DNA of 63,794 nt, filler included, from Octopus bimaculoides (GCF_001194135.2; 8 parts of 8 records of this genome joined end to end with filler, not necessarily neighbours in it), one strand, 5' to 3'. Counted from the whole stretch's first letter, positions 37,312 to 50,249 are shown. Notes: generated from the letters alone by a model not told the origin. A program made the numbers and translations.

Positions 37312-38827
37312 AAGACAATCTGGCTGCTAAGAGCTCACGTTTGAATTATTTAGTTTCGTCCTACGAACAATACAATAATGCGCTTGTTGGCACAGTGATA
37401 AAAATCACAGAAAAATACTATTAGCATAACATGCTGTAGCGTGGTATAATTTACAAACCTAATTTTCTGTCGAGAAAATAATATTATGGACGCATGTTAA
37501 GTAGGGTTGTCAATAATATATGCAGTGAATATACGGCAGCAGTCATTTTAGATATATTTGCTTTTCAACGTCTTGCACATTATATAAACGTAGAAACTGT
37601 ATAAGTAGCAATTTGTTTCACTTCTCTGTAACTTCTCTGTAACTTTTTTCTGTATGTTTTATTGTAGAATAAATTGTGATTCATAGATATATATTTTCAA
37701 TATATTAATTGTTTTACAATGGTTTAAACCGGGTAATTTGTTGTCAACCAGTACTTTATTTTCCTTATTAACAAAAACAAGTTGCAACCAGAAACGAACG
37801 TATTCAATTAATTGAAATGTAGTCGATAACATCCTCACTAGATTACTATTAGTAACAATTTACGAAGCTTAAAAATACCCAAAACAGTAATAGGTGAAAT
37901 ATCGATATCCATCTTATCAGCATATCAATTTCATCTATACTAGTATAAACTATGATCTCAATTACGTATGTATGCATTTACGTATGCATGTATATTTGTG
38001 TATTAATCTGTCTTCATATGTTACTGCATGTCTATTAATCTGTATATATCTAGCTATTTCCTTATCAATCTATATTGCTGTCTGCCTCTCTACTTATCTA
38101 TGTCAGTCTCGCTATCTCTCTCTCTCTCTGTCTATCTATATATCCATTCATGCATGCATCCATTCATGCATCCATCCATCTACCCATTCATTGATCATTC
38201 TATCTATCTATCTATCTATCTGTTTATTTATCTATATATCTATCTGTTTATATCTCTCTCTATCTATCTATCAGTCTATCTATCTCCCTATCTGTTTATC
38301 TATATATTTACTTATCTCTATATACATATATGTCTATCTATCTAACTAACTAACCGTCTGTATTTTAGCCTATTTATATATATGTCTCCTTACTTCGCTT
38401 TCGATGTATTTATTTATTCATTTATTTCTATAAAAAATATGAACAGTCGATGAATATCTGAAATAGGTCTTTATGTAAATCCAACAGCTACGAAATATAC
38501 ATATTTCAAAATAGTATTTAAATTGAACGGGAACACTATGACTTATAAAGATGTCAGGATTGACTCAATAATAATATGATTTTAGCACACATTATCCTAC
38601 GATGACTATTAAGAATTGATGTATTCCACATTTTCCTCAAACATGTGAAACCCTTTCATAATTTAGTAGATTTTAAACTAATCTGATTGTGTGTGTCATA
38701 TACACAAAACTTGGACAAAATATTCTGGATAAAATTATAGGCAGAACGTGTAAACCCAATCACGTAGAAAAAGTTTTCTGGAAAATATTTTGTATAGTTC
38801 GCAAGGTATCAAATTGTAAAATTCGTT

Positions 38828-38925
<98 letters not shown>

Positions 38926-38990
38926 GCGCTTATAATAATAATAACAACAACTATAGTAATAATGTAAATAATAATATTCGTTTGTATTAT

Positions 38991-39186
38991 AAGCACAAAA
39001 TATGAAATTTTAGGGAAACTAGTCCATTACCTTGAGCCTAGTACTCAACTGGTGCTTAATTTATCGATCCCAAAAGGAAGACAGGCAAACTAAGTCTCGG
39101 CGGAATTTGAACTGGGAGCGTGAACACGGAAGAAATTCCGATAAGCATTTGGGCCGGCGTGCTAATGATTCTATCAGTTCACCACC

Positions 39187-39188
<2 letters not shown>
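38991..39188 (-). mobile_element. SINE-A, older copy
   Basis: Family match, flanked by (CTA)n and (TAA)n. Confidence 0.8.
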
Positions 39189-39227
<39 letters not shown>

Positions 39228-39449
39228 TTTTTTTTTCTTATGTTTGATTTCACTTAGTTTAGTATTGCAGAAGGCAAATTTAATAATTTGCCCTACATGG
39301 ATTATTTGAAGCTTATTAGTAAGACATGAATGTAACGCTATCCATTGACCATGTGCTTGTTTTCAAGCATTTCATGAAATATTAGCCTTTATCAGTCCCA
39401 CCAGATTTAATGGAATAATGTATTCGAGTGGATGTAAATATGATTTGGC

Positions 39450-39900
39450 TTGAGGTTTAATTGCATGTTGGTACTAAACTATCGTTTTCTCTGCTCTATA
39501 TTGACGTTAAGATGCTATTTATCAACACCAGTTGCGATGCAGTAAATGAATCTATTTGAGAGATATGGAATACTCTGGTGTCCAGCGAGGAATCTGACGG
39601 TTATACAGAAGCACTGAAGGTTGTCTTTTTTGTTCAGGGTACGTGGCACGCATTCACCGACATCTTATAGCTTACATTTTGTGGGCGACTTTATCATGAA
39701 AGCATCGATCTACTCTAAGATTCAATAGTGGAATACATCAAATCCATATGGTTGAACTCATTCGAGAGATCCTTGTTGAGATAAACAGTTTGACAGGAAT
39801 GCGGAGGTCTAATCCTCGCAGATCTTCGCTATCATGAATCTATCATCCATCATCGCATAATTTTTATACGTGATTTTCTATGGCATCTAACATCTAAGAG
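39450..39900 (-). mobile_element. possible very decayed non-LTR RT fragment
   Basis: Only traces (QG...FN.MD-like and LNVN-like) in broken frames. Confidence 0.3.
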
Positions 39901-40863
39901 TAGAGTACACCACCTTGAGCTCTCGTGGTGATGAACCTTGTCGGCACATGAAGCAGGTGAGCATGTTTCTTTCACTTACGATGTTAAAGCTAAGTATGCC
40001 ATATTAGCGAAAACGATAATTTTAATGAACGAAAGCGAAAACAAAAATGTTGATACCTCTTTGATACATGTCACGCATGATACTAAAGCTTCATTTCAAA
40101 TTGCTGCTGGCTACATTTGCAGAAATCCGACAACGGCACATTGTAGTCAGATTAAACTGCCATTTCTATTGTTTTTTTTTTTTACATCTACAAAAGAACT
40201 ATATATCTCGAATTAGCATATAATTCCCGAAAACAAATATGTAATCCAGATTTATAATGCACATAATTTCCCAAACAAGTTTCCAGTTTTATGAAAGTCT
40301 TTCTGTATAGCAAAAATCAAACTTCAAGCATGCACTTTTAATGATTTGTGTAGGAAATATAGAGAAATGGTTGCGATTATTGAGACAACAGTCTGATGTT
40401 CAGTGACTAAGGTTATACAGCAGATAATTTTGTACGCACGTCACTACAAAATAAGGTGCCATGTTCAATAGATTAAAATCAAATCCATTCTATGATGTTT
40501 TTTGCTACAGTATAAATAACTCTCCGTTAATACCATATATATATNNNNNNNNNNNNNNNNNNNNNNNNNNNNNNNNNNNNNNNNNNNNTTAATTAATTAA
40601 NNNNNNNNNNNNNNNNNNNNNNNNNNNNNNNNNNNNNNNNNNNNAGTAAGCACATAAATGCAAAACAAGGTGGGAAAATAGTACTCGAATACCATAGGTA
40701 GAGTAACGTGCTTTTGATAAAGCTACAAAGAACGTCACAAACTTACTCAACGTTTCACGTCCCTGTTCGTCGAGGACCGCTAAGTTATATGGACATAAAC
40801 ACCTCAACACCGGTTGTCAAGCGGTGGCTGGGGACAAACACACACACACACAAAGACACACAC

Positions 40864-41291
40864 ATGGAGGTGTGGCTGTGTAGTAAGAAAATTGCTTTCC
40901 AATTATATGGTTCCGGGTTCAGTGCCACTGCGTGGCACCTTGGGCAAGTGTCTTCTACTTTATCCTCGGGCCGACCAAAGCCTTGTGAATGGATTTGGCA
41001 GATGGAAACTGAAAGAAGTCCATCGTATATGTATATATATATACGTGTGTGTGTATGTTTGTGTGTGTGTGTATCTCTGTATATATTTTATGTGTCTGTG
41101 TTTGTCCCCCACCATCGCTTGACAGCCGATGTTGGTCTGTTTACGTCCCATTAACTTAATGGTTCGGCAAAAGAGACCGATAGAATAAGTACAAGGCTTA
41201 CAAAGAATAAGCCCTGAGGTAATTTGTTCGACTAAAGGCGGTGCTCCAGCATGGCCACAGTCAAACGACTGAAACAAGTAAAAGAATAAAA
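40864..41291 (+). mobile_element. SINE-C full composite (tRNA head, CORE-like CCTTGGGCAAGTG, internal TA/TG microsatellite, second module ending GAAACAAGTAAAAGA)
   Basis: First half matches 13741, 18516 and 42038; second half matches 23690-23748 and 50250-50460. Confidence 0.85.
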
Positions 41292-42003
41292 NNNNNNNNN
41301 NNNNNNNNNNNNNNNNNNNNNNNNNNNNNNNNNNNNNNNNNNNNNNNNNNNNNNNNNNNNNNNNNNNNNNNNNNNNNNNNNNNNNNNNNNNNNNNNNNNN
41401 NNNNNNNNNNNNNNNNNNNNNNNNNNNNNNNNNNNNNNNNNNNNNNNNNNNNNNNNNNNNNNNNNNNNNNNNNNNNNNNNNNNNNNNNNNNNNNNNNNNN
41501 NNNNNNNNNNNNNNNNNNNNNNNNNNNNNNNNNNNNNNNNNNNNNNNNNNNNNNNNNNNNNNNNNNNNNNNNNNNNNNNNNNNNNNNNNNNNNNNNNNNN
41601 NNNNNNNNNNNNNNNNNNNNNNNNNNNNNNNNNNNNNNNNNNNNNNNNNNNNNNNNNNNNNNNNNNNNNNNNNNNNNNNNNNNNNNNNNNNNNNNNNNNN
41701 NNNNNNNNNNNNNNNNNNNNNNNNNNNNNNNNNNNNNNNNNNNNNNNNNNNNNNNNNNNNNNNNNNNNNNNNNNNNNNNNNNNNNNNNNNNNNNNNNNNN
41801 NNNNNNNNNNNNNNNNNNNNNNNNNNNNNNNNNNNNNNNNNNNNNNNNNNNNNNNNNNNNNNNNNNNNNNNNNNNNNNNNNNNNNNNNNNNNNNNNNNNT
41901 GTATTAGGTTACCGATAAAGGTTATTTTAACATACTGAACATCTTGGTAAAATTATTGATTATTAATTAATTAATTAATTAATTAATTTTACCCTTTATT
42001 GTT

Positions 42004-42037
<34 letters not shown>

Positions 42038-42040
<3 letters not shown>

Positions 42041-42158
42041 GACGGGCTTCTTTCAGCTTCCGTCTCCCAAATCCACTCCCAAGGGTTTGGTCGACCCGAG
42101 GCTAGAGAAGAAGACACTTGCCCAAGGTATCATGCAGTGGGACTGAACCCGGAACCAT
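42038..42158 (-). mobile_element. SINE-C partial
   Basis: Family match. Confidence 0.85.
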
Positions 42159-42424
42159 GCGACACACCTACATGTACGTACGTATGTATGTATGTATGTA
42201 TGTGTCTCCAAGTATATGTATGCGAGAGGTCAAATGTGATTGTCCTATAATCGTTAAAAATGATGCCACAGCATGGCCGCAGTCCGATCACTGCTAATTA
42301 TAATAATGAATAATAAATGAATATAAGTGAAATGAAGCAATCCACCTAGGAGTACACTATTCAATGTGTACTGCAAACAATGACATTTGGTTGCTATTGT
42401 CATCAATGCCGAACAACCAGGACA

Positions 42425-44127
42425 TAGTAGTAGTAGTAGTAGTAGTAGTAGCAGCAGTAGGATGGCGGTGGCAGCGGCGCTGTTGAATGGTAGTCGTAGT
42501 AGCATGCGTGTGTGCTTGTGAGTGTGAATGTGTGTGCATGAGTGTGTGTGTGCTTGTGGGTGGACTGTGGTCAGTGGTCAGTGTCAGGCGTAATAGAGAA
42601 GTGGTGGTGTTGGTGGGTGTGGTGGTGGTAGTAGGGAAGAGACCACGGGAAGGATATTGGTAAAGAATATTGGTACATAATACAGCTGTTTTGTTTCCTG
42701 ATGGTGGTGGTGGCGGCGGAGGTGGTGACAGTGGTGATGGCGGTGGTGGTAGTGGGTAGCTATTTCCTGGTGGCAGTAACAGCCTCAATGGTGCTGGTTC
42801 TGTGTGACTGCTTTCTGATGGTTGGTGGTGGCGGNNNNNNNNNNNNNNNNNNNNNNNNNNNNNNNNNNNNNNNNNNNNNNNNNNNNNNNNNNNNNNNNNN
42901 NNNNNNNNNNNNNNNNNNNNNNNNNNNNNNNNNNNNNNNNNNNNNNNNNNNNNNNNNNNNNNNNNNNNNNNNNNNNNNNNNNNNNNNNNNNNNNNNNNNN
43001 NNNNNNNNNNNNNNNNNNNNNNNNNNNNNNNNNNNNNNNNNNNNNNNNNNNNNNNNNNNNNNNNNNNNNNNNNNNNNNNNNNNNNNNNNNNNNNNNNNNN
43101 NNNNNNNNNNNNNNNNNNNNNNNNNNNNNNNNNNNNNNNNNNNNNNNNNNNNNNNNNNNNNNNNNNNNNNNNNNNNNNNNNNNNNNNNNNNNNNNNNNNN
43201 NNNNNNNNNNNNNNNNNNNNNNNNNNNNNNNNNNNNNNNNNNNNNNNNNNNNNNNNNNNNNNNNNNNNNNNNNNNNNNNNNNNNNNNNNNNNNNNNNNNN
43301 NNNNNNNNNNNNNNNNNNNNNNNNNNNNNNNNNNNNNNNNNNNNNNNNNNNNNNNNNNNNNNNNNNNNNNNNNNNNNNNNNNNNNNNNNNNNNNNNNNNN
43401 NNNNNNNNNNNNNNNNNNNNNNNNNNNNNNNNNNNNNNNNNNNNNNNNNNNNNNNNNNNNNAGTGGTGGTGATAGTTGTGATGGTAGTGATGGTGGTAGT
43501 GGTGGTGATAGTTGTGGTGGCCGTGGAGGTGGTGGTAGTTGGTGAGATGAGTATAGTAGTTTTGGTGGTAGTGGTGTTGGTGGTTCCAGTCACGAGAGCG
43601 TGGTGGTGTTGGTACTGGTGATGGTAGATGTGGAAGTGATCTTGATGGCAGTGGTGGTGGCGGTGATAGCTGCTGATAATGGTGGTGGTGGTGATGGTTG
43701 TGGTAGTGGTAGTGTTGGGTGGTGGTGGCGGTGGTGGTAGTGGGTAGCTATTTCCTGGTGGCAGTAACAGCCTCAATGGTGCTGGTTCTGTGTGACTGCT
43801 TTCTGATGGTTGGTGGTGGCGGTGGTAGTGATCCGATGGTGGTGGTCACGGAAATGGTCATACCTGTCTTCATGATGGTTTTTACCGCAGCCTTGCATGA
43901 TTGTGGTGGGTGGTGCAACAGCAACAATAACAAAAGCAGCAGCAACAGTACTTGTAGTAGTATTAGTGGTGGTGGTCGTGGTTGTAGTAGTAGTGGTAGA
44001 AGAGTCGTAGCAGCAGGAGCAGTAAGACTAGTAGTAGGTGAGGGCGGTGGTAGAGGTGGTAGTAGGAGTAATAGTGGTGGTGGTGGTGGCGGTGGTGGTA
44101 GTGGTAATTGTGGATTTGGCGGTGTTG

Positions 44128-44163
<36 letters not shown>

Positions 44164-44196
44164 TGGTAGTAATAGTAGTTTTAGTGGTTAGTGATG

Positions 44197-44230
<34 letters not shown>
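42425..44230. repeat. (GGT)/(AGT)-rich low-complexity tract with a gap
   Basis: Direct reading. Confidence 0.9.
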
Positions 44231-44589
44231 NNNNNNNNNNNNNNNNNNNNNNNNNNNNNNNNNNNNNNNNNNNNTTAATTAATTAANNNNNNNNNNNNNN
44301 NNNNNNNNNNNNNNNNNNNNNNNNNNNNNNTATATATATATATATATATATATATATGAACGTATGTACACGTATATATATACACACATACTTGTACATA
44401 TGTGTGTATTTTCTGATTCCATATATGTGTGTGTATGTGTACATATATGTGTGTGTATATATACACACAAGCACATACATCAAATAATCTATTACACTGA
44501 ATACACAACGTACCCATTTTAAAAACCATTATGAATCTACACACATACGCACTCCTTTCTTAATACCTACATACAAACACAAGCACAGA

Positions 44590-44870
44590 GTGACTTGTCC
44601 TTAAACACAAAATCAAAGACTTCAAGAAGTTTCCTATTGCTGATAAACTCTTTCCCCATTTACCATCGCTACAGAAAATTATTCAATAGGAATTATCTAA
44701 AAGTAATTTACAGCTGCACCACACAGAAAAGATATTGTAACACACACAAGCTAACGAAATTAACTGAGGCTAAAGGCACATTGAAAAACTCTAATGCGTT
44801 CGCACTTGGCCAGTCATGCAACGCCGAAGCGATAATAAACGAAGAAACCAGTTCTATTAAATGAAACCAC
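44590..44870 (+). mobile_element. Penelope-like thumb/linker fragment
   Basis: FLLLIN.FP..HRYRKLFNRNYLKVIYSC. Confidence 0.75.
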
Positions 44871-44894
44871 GCCATAGAACATAAATAGCAGATA

Positions 44895-44995
44895 GGGGCA
44901 AGGATGGCTGCGTGGTAAGAAGATTTCTTGCCAACTACATGGTTCTGGTTTCAGTTCTGTCGCGTGGCACCTTTGATAAGTGTTTTGTGGTGTTG
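44895..44995 (+). mobile_element. SINE-C head fragment
   Basis: GGCTGCGTGGTAAGAAG...GTGGCACCTT. Confidence 0.7.
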
Positions 44996-44999
44996 CCCA

Positions 45000-46150
45000 T
45001 TGAACTTTCTCATCCCCGTATCTTCTTATCAACCCCTAATAATGTGTTATCCACATTTCATCGTTTCTCTATTCACTTTCCTGTCAGCCAGAAGTCTTTT
45101 GCTTCTTACAGATTCTTTCCTCGACCTCTCTACTCCCTGAAATTCCCTACCATTATTTCATTTTTTTATTTCCTAATCACGTTCTTCATATAATGCCCCC
45201 CCCCCCACACTCTTTCTACTCGGTTGCAGTCTTTGGTTCATCATTGAAATCCGTCTTTGTTGTCTCTTTTCTATAAATATTTTCCTTGGTCGTTTCTCTC
45301 ATGAACTTCCTCATCTAATAATAACTCCCTGGGCCAAAGTCTTTAAACAGGTCACCCGGTTCTCGTCCCAGACTCATCGTTTCTCTCTGCAACTCACTGC
45401 CATCGTCTTCTCTTCTAATTAGCAAATGAGTTGTTAACGCGGAGAATCCTCTTCTTTCTTCTGGGTTGGTATCTTCAGTTCATCATCAAAGTTCATCTTT
45501 CTTCTCTCTTTTCGATAAGTATTTCCCAGGCTCGTTGCTCTGGTCACTCTCTCGTTTCTTACCCTAACCCTAAAATCTTTAAACATCTCACTTGATTCTC
45601 ATCCTAGACACATCACTTCTCAGTTGAATATTCTCTCAATCATAACTCCTTTTATTCATATTCTCTCAATCATAACTCCTTTTATTCATAAAGCTTCTTT
45701 CCACAAACAGCTGCTCTCTGGAAATCCCTGCCGCCATCATCTTGTTTTTCAATTCAGAACCAAATTAAAACAATGGATCCTCTTCTTTCAACGAGGTTGG
45801 AGTATTTTGCTCACCATCAAAACATTCCTTCGGTTTGTCTTTTCCCATAAGTATTTTCCCAGTCATTATTGCTCTAATAAACCTTGGGGTCATCTAATAT
45901 CCCCTACCAAGATCTTCCTTCCCAGCTGCATTGTTTCTCTGTTGAACATTCTCTCGATCATAACTCTTTTTATTCATAAAGCTTCTTTCCACAAACTTCT
46001 GCTCATTGGAACTCGCAACCATCATCTTGTTTTACTCTGATCTAAGTTAAGCCAATCCTTCAAGATTTCTTTCAATCGACACCTTTTGAATTTATTGGCC
46101 CTTTCTTTTCCTTCTTTTTTAGTCCCTTACGCTACAGTGACCCCAAAACC
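45000..46150 (-). mobile_element. decayed gag-like purine-rich coding relic with internal repeats (possible LTR-retrotransposon interior)
   Basis: Long, sparsely interrupted minus frame; degenerate C..CGG.GHY..N knuckle near 45200; about 100-bp repeat duplicated at a spacing of about 320 bp. Confidence 0.35.
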
Positions 46151-46574
46151 TTGTTTCACACAAAATCGTATTTAAAAGAAATATATTTTTGTAATTTTAA
46201 AAATGGATGCCTACATTTTAGTAACATTGATTAAAAAATGCCAGTTTCAATATCTTAGCTCGTTTAATATTAAATTTTTGGTACAATGTTGTAAAATATA
46301 ATAACGACCATAAATAAAATTGGATATAATGTTTATGTCCGTGAATATTTTATATGAATATTTAATATTTATCTACAAGACATGTAAAAAAAAAACGTGC
46401 CAAGGACAAAGACACAGGAAGACATTAAAATAAATGTACTAAAAAAAAAAACTCATTTGCTTCAAAATATTTTTNNNNNNNNNNNNNNNNNNNNNNNNNN
46501 NNNNNNNNNNNNNNNNNNTTAATTAATTAANNNNNNNNNNNNNNNNNNNNNNNNNNNNNNNNNNNNNNNNNNNN

Positions 46575-46800
46575 GCGTGGCCGTTGCCGGTATCGCCTGA
46601 CTGGCCTTTGTGCGGGTGACACATAAAAGCACCTACTACACTCTCTGAGTGGTTGGCGTTAGGAAGGGCATCCAGCTGTAGAAACTCTGCCAAATTTAGA
46701 TTGGAGCCTGGTGTTGCCATCCGGTTTCACCAGTAATCAGTCAAATCGTCCAACCCATGGTAGCATGGAAAGTGGACGTTAAACGATGATGATGATGATG
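46575..46800 (+). mobile_element. SINE-D 3' part (GGCGTTAGGAAGGGCATCCAGCTG...CCAACCCATG..AGCATGGAAAGTGGACGTTAAA-(GAT)n)
   Basis: SINE-like body with an RTE-like tail and (GAT)n end; recognised from memory of octopus repeats, single copy here. Confidence 0.6.
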
Positions 46801-47102
46801 ATGATCTCAAAAGGATGTGTTATAATACTATTCCACAGCCATACCAACAATCCAATAATACTATTCCACATATACAAAAACAGGCATACAAACAGTCCAA
46901 CATACCTCTATCATCAGCTGCCCCAGGGATATAATTATGGTTTCAACCCTGGGCAGTACCAGTCAATCAGGCGGTGTCAACAGCTCTAAAATAAGTGTTG
47001 TTTGGAAACAGACAAACCAAATAAACCACAATTTTCAAACACATTTACTCAGTGTACAACCATATTGATAAATAAATTCTACAAGTAAATTACAACCCCT
47101 CC

Positions 47103-47169
<67 letters not shown>

Positions 47170-47291
47170 TTGTTATATCTTTTGATAACATAATAGGTTA
47201 GATAGGATGATATCTATATTACAATAATATGTTGTGCATGTATAGTAATATTACGATCATGAAATTAGCATCAGCTTATCTCACTCTTTCT

Positions 47292-47357
47292 CACGGAACC
47301 CCTAGGAACCTTTTATGGAATCCTGAGGTTCTGGGGAACCCTGGTTGAGAAACGCTG
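47292..47357. mobile_element. terminus of a hAT (Charlie-like) MITE
   Basis: GGAACCCCTAGG...GGAACCCTGGTTGAGAAACGCTG, the reverse complement of a CAGTGTTTCTCAACC-type TIR. Confidence 0.6.
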
Positions 47358-47474
47358 CTCTAAACCATATAAAGAAGATATGATAAAAGTGAAACGTTGA
47401 ATTATTTGAAGGGTCTTGTGGATTGTGAAGTTCTAAGTAAAATCTCTAATTTGGTACTTCATTGGTTATGAGGA

Positions 47475-47635
47475 TGAGTGCTCCAGTTGGCCTGATAAAT
47501 GGAACAGCTGGCTCATGCAATTAATGTGTATGTGGCTGAGAACGTCACAGTCAAGTGCACCTCTAACACAGTTCTCTGGAAGATTCAGCATGACAAAGAA
47601 AATTAGAGTTATGTACCCTTCCACCGTAGACACCA
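47475..47635 (-). mobile_element. old SINE-B tail fragment
   Basis: Diverged match to the SINE-B tail. Confidence 0.65.
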
Positions 47636-48183
47636 TAATTAAATTGTTGTAGAATAATTCAATGAAAAAAGGGTTCGAAGTCTGCAAGACAGCTGTTCAA
47701 TCTGGAAAGGGTGGTGTCCTCACCAAAAGTAATGTCTTCATATGCTTGGAGCCCTCTCTGTTGAATTATTCTACGAGTTTTATGATCAAAGGGGACATGA
47801 CTCTAATTTTCTCTTTTCATTCACCCTTCCACTTTTTGCATCAACCTTCTTGCTTTTTTTCTTGTAACTTCTCATGTACCAGTGTCCTTATTTTCAAATT
47901 GAACAGACTATATGCACAGAGGCTGAAGATTGCTTGCGGGAGACAGGGTATGTTATATAAAACCTGTCTAGACATGTGTCTGCAGAGCAAGAAACTATTA
48001 GCTTCTATCTTTATACTGTGTACATTAAATGGTCTGAATACATGTATGTGTGGGTGTGTATATAAATAATGTATCTGTATATCTATATATCTGAAACATA
48101 TAATCATGTTACATATTTTAAGATGTAAATATCAATATTCTAATACATAAACATTAAAATACAAACTCTATACATGAAAAAGA

Positions 48184-48229
<46 letters not shown>

Positions 48230-48241
48230 CCCTTCTACTGA

Positions 48242-48445
48242 AGGCACAAGATCGGAAACTTTTGGTGGGAGGGGATTACTTGATTATATCAACCCCAGTG
48301 TTTCACTGGTACTTAATTTATCAACCCCGAAAGGATGAAAGGCAAAGTAGACCTCGGTGGAATTTGAACTCAGAACATAAAAACAGACAAATGCTGCTAA
48401 GCATTTTGCCTGGCATGCTAACGATTCTGCCAGATCCCCATCTTA
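48242..48445 (-). mobile_element. SINE-A
   Basis: Family match, (AAT)n on both sides. Confidence 0.88.
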
Positions 48446-50166
48446 GTATTAATAATAATAGTAATAATACGAATAATAACAACAACTGCAAAAAACCCCA
48501 AAAAACCCAGAACAATATTGAAAAGCTGCGACGAACAGATGTTACTTACCTGGCATTAATCCAATAATCAACTACGTGGGGGAATTCTGAAGATATTTAT
48601 CAACATAGCTTTAAATATTATGCGCTGTACAATATATATTTTACAGGCTATAGAATATGTTATACACCATAGGATATATATACTTGCTTCTTGTAATACA
48701 AGCGTTTAATAAATAAACCATAAACTGTGTTTACGATTTATTTAAAGAGGCATTTAATTACATGACTTTTTTGGTAGTTGAAACGGAACCAGCCGACCAA
48801 TCAACCATCTGATTGGCTAATCTCAATTAATCCCTACCAAAATTTATTTTTGGATTTCGTTCTTCAGAATTATTATTAACATTATTTATCATTTCTTTTT
48901 TGTAGTTTTTGCTANNNNNNNNNNNNNNNNNNNNNNNNNNNNNNNNNNNNNNNNNNNNTTAATTAATTAANNNNNNNNNNNNNNNNNNNNNNNNNNNNNN
49001 NNNNNNNNNNNNNNTATATATATATATATATATATATATATTCCCCTATCTTTCATTGTGAGTTCAAATTACACCGAGATCGACTTGGCTTTTCATTCTC
49101 ACATGACTTACAATCAATAGCCCTGCCAAAATGATGAGAAAAGCATTGTATGCGATTCAGAGGTGCTGTTATTACAAGGAAGGTATTAGAATTTAGAAAA
49201 TTGTACCTACGTTCAATTCGAAATATCCACACTAATAACATTATCATCAAAGGCGTGATCTTCAACCTGATGGTTAGATGAATCAGCAAAACTTCCTTCA
49301 AATTAAGCGTTGACATCATACTTAACTTTAATACTGGATATTTCAGTATTTCTGTAATTTTCGGATTGCCTTGTCTAGAAAGCTTAAGGCGTAGTTCTAT
49401 TAAATCACTTCTTTTAAGCAATAAGAAAGGAGTAAAACGCACCATCCCTACTGCATATAAACATACACCCCCATAGCCTTTTTCGTTTGTTTTCCTGTCT
49501 TGTTTTCTTTTCCGTTTGTCTTCCTGTCTTGTTTTTTGTCCGCCACTACATTCCTCCATGGCACAGGTTTAATTTGTATACAAATTTAATTTGCGGTCCA
49601 TGGGAAGAGCCATTTTAACAATGCGTCCTGCCCAAATCTTCCAAACGCCGGTGTTAAAATGAGGGTAGCTGATGAAGGAAAACGTTCTCTATGTGTCTTG
49701 TGTGTTTTCTGTACTCTGGTTATTATTATTTTCTTGTCTACATTTTGTTTACAATGTCCTGTACCCAGATATGCACCTATATATACAGGTAGACGTAGGT
49801 ATGCACATACTCATCTATTATATATAAATATGTATGTGTATATCTATGTATCTATCTACCTACCTCTCTCTCTCTCTCTNNNNNNNNNNNNNNNNNNNNN
49901 NNNNNNNNNNNNNNNNNNNNNNNNNNNNNNNNNNNNNNNNNNNNNNNNNNNNNNNNNNNNNNNNNNNNNNNNNNNNNNNNNNNNNNNNNNNNNNNNNNNN
50001 NNNNNNNNNNNNNNNNNNNNNNNNNNNNNNNNNNNNNNNNNNNNNNNNNNNNNNNNNNNNNNNNNNNNNNNNNNNNNNNNNNNNNNNNNNNNNNNNNNNN
50101 NNNNNNNNNNNNNNNNNNNNNNNNNNNNNNNNNNNNNNNNNNNNNNNNNNNNNNNNNNNNNNNNNN

Positions 50167-50216
<50 letters not shown>

Positions 50217-50249
50217 AACTATGAGTGCGTGTGTCCTTGTTTGGGACCT

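Noticed and set aside
40746-40778. Hammerhead-like GACGA...GTGAAACGTTGAG on the minus strand
   Set aside because: Core lacks C3-U4 and stem II is only 2 bp; too degenerate to call, though possibly a relic
41961-41988. Natural (TTAA)n run resembling the linker
   Set aside because: Simple tetranucleotide slippage within a repeat; not N-flanked
42357-44282. Pro/Thr- or Gly/Val/Ser-rich mucin-like ORFs
   Set aside because: Products of GGT/AGT triplet low-complexity sequence spanning a gap; open on both strands
45562-45575. CCCTAACCCTAA telomere-like repeat
   Set aside because: Only two units
47662-48069. 135-aa + strand ORF
   Set aside because: Composition resembles antisense or random AT-rich translation; no motif
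49669-49690. CTGATGA followed by AGGAAAACGTT
   Set aside because: No stem II between the two core halves
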